This document shows, in pieces, positions 47,415 to 59,000 of a DNA stretch of 64,000 nucleotides (its first letter is position 1; each line of letters begins with the position of its first letter). Position numbers and translations under genes: made by a program. Under the pieces are notes generated by a model. The model saw only the letters and a list, made by a program, of their open reading frames with translations, was not told the DNA's origin and made no database searches. Source of the stretch: Macrostomum lignano (taxonomy: Eukaryota); the NCBI GenBank assembly GCA_002269645.1, contig NIVC01003415.1, positions 34,986 to 98,985 on the forward strand. Reading direction: 5' to 3'.

Positions 47415-50400
47415 ATGAGCGAAGGTAGAGGAGCGGCAAGAGGCCGAGGCGGCTTCAGAGGCGGCTTCAGAGGCGGCTTCGGAGGTCGCGCAGGAAGAGG
47501 CGAAGCTTGGCGAGGCGGTGGAAGGGGCTTCAGCAGAAGCGGAAGTTCCGGTTAGTAGCTCCAACTTCAGTCTTTTGACAGTTTTGATTCCGGTATCGGT
47601 CAGAGACGCTGGTCTCTGTTGTTCACTGGTTGTTGTCCTTAACCGATGCTTTTCCTGCTTAAACTTTCAGCGGACATCTCCAACATGCCAACGTCTTCAA
47701 CTAGAGACACCAATGAAGCCGCGAGTGCCGACCAAGACAGCAGCGAATATCGATTTGGTGAGCTGATTTGTAGGGCTTGCTTAGAGACAATGTTCGACAT
47801 TAAATACCAAGCTCGAAATTCGGGTCAACAGCTTCCATGGGGTTGAGTCACATACATGTACATGTAGATGCACAGCCTTTGAGTTCACCTGGTTGTTTCT
47901 ACTGGTACACAAATGTGTAACTCGCTACCGGCTGAAACGGTGTCACCTGACTCTTCCTCTGAGCCGACATTGATTTTCATGCGCGTGATGCCTGTAGATA
48001 TGTCTAGGTGATTCCAAAAGTTGCGCCTTATTTTGATTTGTCACAAGTTGTGTCTCCTAGTTCTACTTCTAGTGGTCCTTGTGTGTCTCATTTTCGACTT
48101 CTTTAACTTTAAGAATCCTTAATCTACTATCCACTGAAGTGTGCTTGCATACATTGTGTGCTACTATTTACTGAAGTGTGCTTGCATACATTGTGTGCTA
48201 CTATCCACTAAAGTGTGCTTGCATACATTGTGTGCTACTATCCACTAAAGTGTGCTTGCATACATTGTGTGCTACTATCCACTAAAGTGTGCTTGCATAC
48301 ATTGTGTGCTACTATCCACTAAAGTGTGCTTGCATACATTGTGTGCTACTATCCACTAAAGTGTGCTTGCACTGTGTGCTTCTACACTGAAGTTGATGTG
48401 GATGAAGCTGAGAAATGAATTAAATTTTTTGGAATGAAGTTACTCAGATAAGCAGAAGAAAACTAGTGTACTGTGTGGGAAACTGAGCAGGCAAGTCGCT
48501 TCCCATCAGGGTGAAGAGAAGACGGTATATCAGTCTACTTTTGGTAGGCCATGACAATCTTTTAAACATCTTTTCCCCAACTCAGAAATTAGGAATCAAC
48601 AATGCGATTTTTGCCATCTGCTTCTTTAGGTTACGTCAGCAGCATCACACTGGGAAAACATGGATTTGTATCGTTTGAGGATGACCCGTCAGCCCGTCAC
48701 GGGGCCATCTTCTGGTACAAATGGGTTCAGCAGCTCAACCTGCAGGTTGGAGACAGGCTGCGGTATCGAATCGAGCACAAAGGAAACAAAACATCTGCGG
48801 TCGACATCAGCCGGGCTCCATTGGGCAGCTCGCGACCTGAAGCCTCATCCCAAGTAGCTGACTTGCCTTCAAACACTTCACAAGAAGCGGCTCAACTGCA
48901 GGCACAAAAGCAACAAGTGGCTACACAACTAATGGTTCGTCCGATCATCGCAGGGACTATTACGAACAGCCACGTGCTTGACGATAGGCCATTGAAAATA
49001 TACCACGTGACGACCGACACCGGTAAGCAAACAGTTCTGCCTCGGAAGCTGTACTTTAGCGGCTGGGACCCCGAGCATGGAGACCAGGTCACCTGCACAC
49101 CGCGCGAGGCGAAGCCTGGCCAGAAGCCGACAATGGACATGCGGCTGGAGAAGCCCGTCCAACGAAGCGACCAACAAGTCAGCAGCTTCATTGAGTCGCT
49201 GAGTAGCAAGACGAGCAACAGAGACATTCAGCAGTTGCTGGAGGTTCCTCCTGGCTGGTCGATCGTCGGTCAGTGGCCCCGACTGAATGCTGACTTGCTG
49301 TACACTGTGTTGGAGTTCTTTGTGCGAGTCAACAGTAGAGCGAGTGCATACCAGCAGCGCGACATCGGCCTGAGCATCCAGCATCTCATGCACGAGAAGA
49401 ACTTCCAGCTCGATCGAGGCGCCTGTCGCCAGCTGTTCACAGAGGCAGCGAGCAAAAGTTACTCAGCAGACAAAGTGAGTACACTCAAGACGTTCTGCGA
49501 GATGGTTGGTCAGCTGGTTCCAGACAGATGCTACCTCATCATGCAGCTGTGCCAGCAGTTCTACGACACTCACTTTTCTGGAAAAGATGCTTTCGAGCTG
49601 GCCAAGCTGATGTGCAGGAGGTTCCTGCCAGTGAGAAACTCCGACCTGAGCTGGCACGAGCTGTCAGCCACCTTGAGTAAGGAGGAGGTGTTGAGCTCGA
49701 CCGATATGGGCGAGACGATCCGGCTGCTTCCGCCAATGCAAACTCATGCTCCGTACGACTCGGTGGCCGATTATCTCGAGACGAACCTGAAGCTGCTGCG
49801 TGCGGACTGCTTCGAGAAGCTGAGATCCGGCATCCGGCAGTTCATTGGTGGCAATTTGAATCGCCGAGACATGACAGTCTACCATCAAGTCGAGCTCAGA
49901 GGCATCGATATTACTCACAAAGAGTTGTCCTTGGTGCTCAAGATCGAGCCGTTCAATAGGGTGGTGAAAAACTGGGAGAAGTCTCCGTTGCTGATGTTCG
50001 GAAATTTGCTCTGCTTGTCGTTTGACGAAACTTTCACAGAGTTTGTTTGCGTGACGGTGAGTAACAGGGACTCCGGTCTGCTGAACCAGTTTGGTCTGAT
50101 TTTTGTCGAGCCGATATTCGAATCGGGCAGCATCGAGCTGTGTGATCTGCTACGACGGCTTCGACTTCAGAAGTCGAGTCTGTGGTTGGCCGAGTCTCCG
50201 ACCTACTTCCAAGCTTACCGGCACGTGCTGGCAAACGTGCAGGCTCTGAACGGCAAGACGCTGCCACTGGAGAAGGAGCTGGTGTCGTGCACTTTCGATT
50301 CAATACAACTGGAAGAATCAGACAGTGAAGATGAGCCAGCAGAGTCAGATATGATGGCTTATTCGGGAGAATCTTTTACCTCTAGATGGCATCACTCTGG

Positions 50401-53400
50401 TATTCTACGATCGAGGCTTTCATACGTTCAATGTGAGAAAAGTTCGATCTGCAAAGGGTTGGATGAGTCGCAAACGCAATCGTTTAGAAACTGTACTCAG
50501 CGAAAAATCTCCGTCATCCAGGGACCGCCAGGCTGTGGAAAGACCTACGTTGGTACACACCTCGTGAGGTACCTCACAGCGCAGGAGACCAAGAGACACA
50601 GGAATGGTCCCGTTCTGTTGGTCACCTACAAGAACAACGCTTTAGACGAGTTCATTCGTAAGATTCTCACGCAGCAAAGTTCGAAAGTCGACTTGATTCG
50701 CTTTGGTGGTCGTTCAAAGAAGACTGAGCTAACTAAAGATTTAGACATCCGCTCCAGGAGAGACACCGTGCAGGACACGGACTCCAGGGAACAGTGGCGT
50801 CTTGTTGATGATGCGAAGAAAGCTCTGTTGGAACACCTGGAAAATGTTTGTCTTCAGGAAAGTATATTTTTTGATGAGCTCTTCCTGTCCAAATTTTGGA
50901 GTGAAGAGAACCAAATCCGATTCTGCAAACAGTTTTTTTATCACCCGGCTGGAATCAAATATCGAAGCCAACTCGCAGGATTGCCTAATCTTATCGATAA
51001 GCTGAGGTTTGCTGTGCGGCAGTGGATTCCGCCACAGTATGTAATTGATAAGTTCATGCCAAATCTGCTTCAGGCATTGCAGACAGGCTCTTGCACTGCG
51101 AGCAGCGACACGACCAATAAGACTGACGAAGAGGCAGAAGAGGACGAACTCAACGACGAACAGGAACAGATAAAGACAGAGCGGCTTCTGGCTTCAGGAG
51201 GAGACAGTCGAACCACCTTCAGCCTGAACTTGAGTCAGCAAGAACCCAGCCCTGTGAGACTGGACCAACGACTGATTCGAATCGTCTCAGAGAAGTGGCA
51301 TACGTTGCGCTACACCCAGAATCTGTGGGAACTCAGGCCCGAAGACCGATTCCTGTTCATGCAGGGTTGCTTGTTGGACCACTTTGACAAAGCTTGGACG
51401 AGACACAGCTCCAAACTGAACTTTTTGTTCAGACAGTATGAACGACTTCGAGACGAGTACAAGGAAGCTAACCTGAACAGAGATGTCAAGATCTGTCAAG
51501 ATGTCGACGTGATTGCGATGACCATCACGGGTGCTTCAATCAATAACGAGTTGCTGAAGAGGCTCAGACCGAACACAGTTATTGTGGAGGAAGCAGCAGA
51601 GATCATGGAGCCAATGCTTCTAGGCTGTCTTGGTGACTGGACGGAGCGACTCTACCTGATCGGTGATCACAAGCAGCTTCGGCCGACCGTCGAGAACTAT
51701 GAGCTGGTGAAGCACTGCCACCTGGATGTCTCGATGATGGAGAGACTGATCAACTGCGGTTTTCCGTTTGACTGTCTTCAGTTCCAGAACCGAATGCGAC
51801 CTGACATTTCCAAGTACCTGAAACTCGACGTCTATCCGGACCTTCAGGACAATATAGACAGCGTGAAGGGTCACGAAATTCCGTCGTTCATGCCGAAGGC
51901 CGTTGCATTCTGGGACGTAGAGAACATGTCGGAGTCAGGCGAGCGAAGCTACGTTAACGACGGCGAGGCAGAGCTGATCGTTGAAGTAGCGATGACGTTT
52001 CTGAGGTTCGGGTACAAGCCAAGTCAGCTCACCATCCTCACTCCGTATCAGGGCCAGGTGCGGCTCATCCGACGGAAACTGCGACCACGTTTGGAGGATT
52101 GGGAGAGAGACGTTTCAAATCGTTCAGCTGCACTTGCGGATGAGGCTAACGAAGGCTTCATCAAAGTGCACAGCATCGATGTGTACCAAGGCGACGAGAA
52201 CGACATTGTCCTTGTGTCGCTGGTTCGCAGCGAGAAGCCCGGATTTCTCGCATCGCTCAACCGCCGATGCGTCGCGCAGTCGAGGTCGCACTGCGGTCTG
52301 ATCTTCATCGGCAAAGCTTCTTTGCTGAGAAAGTGCGCCGAGTGGAGCCAGCTGCTGACCGCTTTTGAGGAGGACGGCGTTCTGCGATCCGACTTTCAGG
52401 TGGTGTGCCGGAAGCACGGAACAGAGCACAGCTGGAGAAGTGCAGCCGAATTGTCTAGAATGAAGGGAGTCTTCTGCAGAAGCAAGTGCGTGGAAACCAT
52501 GCCATGTGGTGAACACGACTGTCCGAAGCTGTGCCAGCCTTGGCATGAGCATGATCGGTGCGACAAAATGGTCATTGTGAAGTTGCCGTGCTCACACACC
52601 ACAAAAATCCAGTGCTTCTTGTCGTCAGACCCTAGGCAGCTTAAATGCGAAGAAAAGTGCATTCGCATGCTGAGTTGTGGTCATCCTTGTCCGCTCAAGT
52701 GCTCAGAAATATGTGATTCGAAGCACTGCACCCAGAATGTTGAAGCTCAGCTGAGCTGTGGCCACGTCCAATCCAAGCTGTGCAACCAGCCGTTTGGAAC
52801 ATGCCAAGAATCTGTTGCAAAGACTCTGCCGTGTGGACACGTGAAGCAAATGCTGTGCTTTGAGTGGAAGAAACTGAATTACGAAATCGTAAAGTGCACA
52901 GAAACGTGCTCCAAGAAGCTGCCGTGTGGCCACCAATGCACACAGAAGTGTTTCGAGACTTGCTCTCCTGAGCAGTGCATCGTGAATGTTTCCAAACGGT
53001 GCCTCACATGCAAAGAGCAATTTGGGAGTCCGTGTGGGAAGAATCAAACTCATTGTGACCGAATTAGGACTGTGAAGCTCTCGTGCGGTCACGCGCTCAG
53101 AACTCCGTGCAGCCAATCTTCCACAGCGTCGCTGGCTGCGTGTAAGAGACCATGCGAGAAGACGCTGCCGTGTGGACACAAATGCCAGTCTGTGTGCTCA
53201 ACCTCGCCCTGTCCTCCATGTCCGGAGAAGGCATTTAGGAAACTCTGTCGCCATGAGTGTCAGTGCTGGGAGCTTTCTGAAGAATGTCTCACGGATGTGA
53301 CCAAGAAGTTCCAGTGCGGTCACGAAGAGACAGTTGCTTGCTGCGCTCTTGCCAGACTGCATGAGGGTCAGTCTTGCTCTGCCTGTTGGAGTCTGGAGAA

Positions 53401-54010
53401 GCAGATGAGGCTTCGCCAGCTGCAGTCAGCTCATGGAAGCGAAATCAAGCGAAAAATGCTGACGGAGACCGACGAGAACACGGCAGTCGAATACTTCAAG
53501 GTGCACGATCGGGTGATGAGGTACATTAAGAGTGAGCACTCAGTCACGGTGAGAGCAATTCTGAGCATCGAGAAGATTGAGAACCCAGCTCTAGACCGAC
53601 GTCTTCTGGATGTGAGCAGCCAGCTGGTCAAGAAGGACGCCGTTCCAGAGCTGTTCTTCCATGGAACTAGAAACGCAATCGCCGAGCTCATCATCAAAGA
53701 AGGATTCAAGGTGGGCTCAAGTGGAATGTACGGTGCAGGGATCTACTTTGCCACGGACACCACGAAGAGTATTCAGTACTGTCGCGAGTCCGGAACAATG
53801 TCGCTTCTGCTCTGCGACGTCCTACTTGGGAGAACGATGGTGTGCGACAAGCCGCAGAACCACCTGAACCTGAGTGCCGTCAATGGTGCCGACTACGACT
53901 CGGTGTTCGCCAGACGGAACACGAAGGGCACAGGAGGAGTGCTGAACGATGAGTACATTGTGTACCGTCCGGAGCAGGCGGCGCCGAGGTACCTCATCCG
54001 GTTTCAGTAG
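47415..54010 (+). CDS. ZNFX1-like SF1B (UPF1/NAM7-type) RNA helicase with N-terminal RGG box and cold-shock/OB-like region, NF-X1 zinc-finger array and C-terminal PARP-type ART domain, copy B (about 1867 aa). Exons 47415-47550, 47671-47757, 48630-54010
   Basis: Walker A QGPPGCGKT, TYKNNALDEF, AMTITGA, VIVEEAAE, LIGDHKQLRP, SMMERL, Q.RMRP.I, LTPYQGQV, DVYQGDENDIVLVSLVRS and repeated LPCGH.C...C units. ART motifs FFHGT, GMYGAGIYFA and NDEYIVY are present. Phase-1 introns join an RGG-rich first exon (MSEGRGAARGRGGFRGGFRGG…). Confidence 0.88.
48124..48385. repeat. 37-bp tandem repeat, about 7 copies (tactatccactaaagtgtgcttgcatacattgtgtgc), in intron 2 of copy B
   Basis: Directly visible. Confidence 0.9.
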
Positions 54011-54734
54011 GGACTGCGTTAGGAAAGGCTGGCATCTCTACGAGTAACTGGTGAAATTGCTGCTGAGCAGGTTGTCCTGACCAAAATTAACTGTTTCTTC
54101 TGTATTTACGCTCCTATTAAATTTGGTAGCTTATTACGAGCTATGATAAGATTTTGTACGTAATTTTTCTTTGATTAAAAGTGGTAACTTCAGCACCTCG
54201 ATCAATGGACCCCAAAGCCCAAACTAAGACAAGTGATACTTTATTCTAGGATTGGTTTAGAGCCACCTAGCTTCTAGAATTCCAATCTAAGTGCTTCCTA
54301 TTCGGTCCTACGCTCGTAAGGTCTAAAAGGAAACAGATGAACATTTTGTTGATATTTGAACTTAAGCTCGTAGAATGGATCCCTGAGACCGGATGCTGAC
54401 AAAACCGCTGAATCAAACCAATTGATATGCTTGTTTTTCACCTTCAAGTGCCATTCATAAGGTCGTTTTACTATTGAATGATCCATTGTAGCATTGCTTA
54501 AATTTAAAAAATGATGACCAAAAAATGGCCTCATTTGATGGCCTTCATTCGTTAATCGTTGGAACCCGAGATGAGAAAGAGTTCGATTCAGAATTCAGTC
54601 AGCATTCTAAAGATACCATTTCTCCCTGCTGAGCATGCTACTATATATTTTTGCTTGCACCATCCTGTATCAGCACACAAAAACCACTATAAATTCGAAT
54701 AACCTTCTAGTATCCTCTTATAATATACTTAACA

Positions 54735-55380
54735 GTAGAACTACCAAGAGGGGGAATCCCCCTGACAATTTTTTTGCTGCGCCGTATTGGAGCAACGCAG
54801 GCACACGAAATTCAATTGCGCACCTTCTCAAACAGGAATCAAGTCGCCAGCCCTCCAGACCGTCGAGATATTCGACGATTCTGCCAGAGGGTCGGATTTT
54901 TCCCATAAGCGCCAGTGTATTCAGTACACCCCTGTGCGCCAATCAGCACTGCGCCTCAGTGCAGCCTTGCCAAGCCTCCAAATTTCATCAGCACGTCGAC
55001 CACATGTGTCTGCATCAGCTGTAACTTCGTTGGTTACTAGCCTTCACCCAGGCGGAGCTTCTGGACCTTCAACAGGTGGCACCAGGTGACTATGGGCACC
55101 CTGATGCGAATTTCTCAAGTTTCGCCTATCAAGCCTCGACAGTGGGCAAGCCTGAATACACTACTGAATACACTGGCACTTGTGGGAGGGATCCGACCTT
55201 CTGGCAGAATCGTTGAATGTCTCGACGGTCTGGAGGGCTGGCGACTTGATTCTTTTTTGAAAAGGTGCGCAACAGAAAGTTGGCCCGTGTTCTTGAATTT
55301 CGTGTGCCTGCGTTGCTCCAATAAGGCGCAGCAAAAAAATTGTTGGGGGGGGGGGGAATTCCCCCTCTTGGTAGTTCGAC
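54735..55380. mobile_element. Foldback/MITE-like element with long (about 190-bp) imperfect terminal inverted repeats
   Basis: gaactaccaagagggggaat...gccagtgtattcagt (about 54738-54925) is inversely repeated at about 55170-55377. No TSD was identified. Confidence 0.7.
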
Positions 55381-56095
55381 GGGCCGAAAAATGGCTTATT
55401 ATTCCTACTGTTAAAGACTCTTCAGAATTTCCTGCAGAATGGTCAATCTTTGATATTTTAGTCAAGATCTTTGTTTTTGGCTTGCTTTTGAGACACATTT
55501 TACGAGTATTTTCCAGGACTATTAAATTTTTATTTTATCGTAAATCATTTATTCAGCATTAAATTAATATTTATAATTAACTAATTACCAGTAATAAACT
55601 TAAAATTGTTATTTCAGGTACACATTGTTCTTTCTATTTAATATTTAAATATATAAATATTACAATAATCAAATCTTATTTTAATTACCTCTGTGAATTA
55701 TTTTTTTCTTTAAAAGCAACCTTCCTGCTGTTTAAAGATTTTTGTTGGCCAGTTATGCGAGGCAAGCAGATAGATGATTGATTTTGGTTTAATTTGTCTG
55801 TTTGCAGAAGGCTTTGAGCACTTGCGGGTCACAGCTGACGCGGCCCCCAGCCAGCCAGCAATTGAATTGGATCAAGCAAGCAGTTACAGTACAGTTTATC
55901 ATTTTTGCTGCATGGTCTCCGAGCAGCCACACAGACGCATTAGTACATGTACAGTACGCGGGTGCATTAAATGTATGTTCTCATATTCAGGCTACTCGAT
56001 CGTACATGTACATGTATATGTGTATTTATACATCTCTGGGCCAAGTGCTACTAAAAAGTAGAAGGACGCAACACTCGAAATCCATGGAAAATGTT

Positions 56096-59000
56096 TGTAG
56101 TAACTGAGTCAGAGGCCGTGTTTGCTGTGTAGCCAAACTCTTACAAATCTCGCCGCGCTGGGCACGCGTCTATATATTATGGAGTTAGAATTGGGGTGGC
56201 GGCACCCACCCCACTCCGCAGCCAATCAGACTGCCCGGGCGTACCATACTGTGCGTACGCACACTACATCTCTCCCCTTTCGAATAGAGACTGAGAGAGA
56301 AGAAAATCGATTTAAACGTAACTCGAAAATACAAAGTTCGAAAGATTCACCGATGATGCGCATTGAAAATGGAGATTAAAATATTGAGGAAATAAAATAT
56401 TTGAATTGAATGCAGCAAAAACGTAAAAAAACTTCAGTCCGCATATTACGGAAAAGAAAGTCAGTTAATTTCAGTCATTGCAGGATTTCAAATTCAGTCC
56501 TTGTAGATTTTCACGCCCGCCCGAGCAGCGCGGGGGTGCGGGCGCAGCGCCACGGGGGAGGCGGGTGGATCTCGGGCCGCCTCGCCCGAAGCTCTCGGTG
56601 TAGCGGTCTGCGTCTGGGCGCCGGCGTCGGCCAAGTCGGGGCTGACGACTTTGACCGCCGTGCAGTGCCGCCAGCAGGTCGTGCCGTCCCGGCGTAGCAG
56701 CAGCGAGTTGCCGGCCACCCGCTGGACTGTCCAGGCACCGCTCTCGAATGGCGTCTGCGTCTTGCTGGCACCGACCCGCCGTCGTAGCACCGAGTCGCCG
56801 ACCTGGACGTCGTGCCGCCGTGGTCGCCTTTTTGCGTCCGCGTGCTGCTTCATCGCCGCCTTGGCGCCAGCGTCGGCTTCTCTCAGCCGCTGCTCGTTGA
56901 TGCGGACTCGCTGGGACGGCCGGGCGGCGGGATGATGTCGTTTGGCCGCCGGCCCATCAGCAGCTCGGCTGGTGCGCGCCCGGTGGCCGTGTGCGGCGTG
57001 TTCCTGTAGGCCAGCAGCCACTCGTCCAGAGCGGCCCTCCAGTCCCGCCGCTCCTCGATGGCTGCTCGCACGACTTTGTTGATGGAGCGGTTCAGTCGCT
57101 CTGTCATGCCGTTGGCCGCTGGGTAGTAGGGCGTGATGAGGCGGTGCTTGATCCCGTAGCTCGCCAGGAACCGGCCGAACTCCTTGGACGAGAAAGGTGG
57201 TCCATTATCTGTCACGAGCTCCTGTGGGATCCCGAAGCGGGCGAACATCTCTCGCAGGCGGGGAATCAATGCCTCGGCCGTCGTCGTCTGCATGAGCTGC
57301 ACCTCCGGAAACCTTGAGTGGCGGTCCACGCACACCAGCAGCATGTTGTTGTTGATGGGTCCCACGAAATCGGCGCCGATCGACAGCCAGGCGCCCGCGG
57401 GGATCGGCGTCGGCTGCAGAGGCGTGGCCCGGACGGCTGGCGTGTGCGACGTGACGGCGCAGCTGCGGCATCGACTGACGAATTCCTCCGCTTGAGTTGC
57501 CATCCTCGGCCACCAGACCTTCGTGCAGTGTCTGGCGATCGTCTTCTGCGAGCACTGGTGCCCTTGATGCGCTAATTCGAGCATCTGCTGCCGCAGATCA
57601 GCTGGCACGACGATTCGGTGGTGTCGAAGGAGGACCCGTCAACCGCAGACAGCTCCTCTCGCAGCGCGTGGAGCGAGCGCATCTCGGGGTTGGAGCGATC
57701 CCACCGACCGCCTTGCGTCGCCGCTATCGCCGCCCGGATGACTGGGTCGCTGGCAGAGCTCTTGCGGATGTCTTGGAGTGTCAGCGCCATCGGCACAGCC
57801 GCCTGCGCTACCTCGTTGATGTAGGCCTCCCTCCGCTGCTCGCCAAAACTTCCGTCGTGCTCACTTAGGGGCTGCCTGTTGAGTACATCTGCAGCATTGG
57901 AGGCTCCCGGCTGATACTCGACCTTGAACACTAGGTGCTGGATCCTCAGCGCCATTCGCTCGACTCGTGGAGGCGGCCGCGACCCAGGCGCGAACATGGC
58001 CGTCAGCGGCTTGTGATCAGAGACCACTGTGAACTGGGGCGATCCATGCAGGTAGTACTCAAACTTCAGGCAGCCGAACTTCACGGCGAGTGCTTCTTTT
58101 CGGTCTGCGAATATCGCCGCTCGACATCGGAGAGGGTCCGGCTGGCGTATGCGACCGGCCTCGAGCTGCCGTCGCGCTGCACCTGCGCCAGGATGGCGCC
58201 CAGTCCGGTCGGCCCCGCGTCCACAATCAGCTGCGTGTGTAGCCGCTTGTCGTAAAAAGCCAGCGTTGTCGGCTCCGCGATGCTGCGCTTCAGCTGCTCA
58301 AAGGCGCTGGCCTGGTCGGCGCCCCACTGCCAGTCGACGGTCTTCCTGGTCAGGCGCCGCAGCGGCTCCGCCACCTTGGCCAGCTGTGGCGTGAACACGG
58401 CGAGGTAGTTCACGAGGCCCAGGAATGAGCGAAGCTGCCCAATCGACTCGGGCTCCTTGAAGTCTTGAACGGCGGCGACCTTGCTCTCCGTGGCCTGGAC
58501 CCCTTCCGCCGTGAGCCGCATTCCCATGAACTCGATGCTGCTGCGCGCCAGTCGGCATTTCCGAGCGTTCAGCGTGATGCCATGCTGCGCCAGGCGGGCC
58601 AGACATGCCTCGAGGCTGCTGTTGTGCTCCGCCATCGTGCGGCCGAACACGACCACGTCGTCGTGGATCCATTTGACGTTGGGCAGACCAGCCAGCACTC
58701 GACTCATCACATTCTGCAGGATCTCCTGGGAGGTGGACAGGCCCATGCACAGCCGGGTGAGACGGCGAAGCCCGCGAGGCGTCGAGAATGTTAGCAGGTT
58801 GCGGCATTTCTCGGCGACAGGCACCTGGTAGAACGCCTTCGCGATGTCCAGCTCTGAGAACACAGTGCTGCCAGCCATGTCCCCGGTCACCTCCTCGAAA
58901 GTCGGAATCTGGTGTCGCTCGCGGATGACAAAGCGGTTGACATCGCGGAGGTCCTGCGTGATGCGCACCTCTCCCGGCTCCTTCTTGGGCACGACGACCA

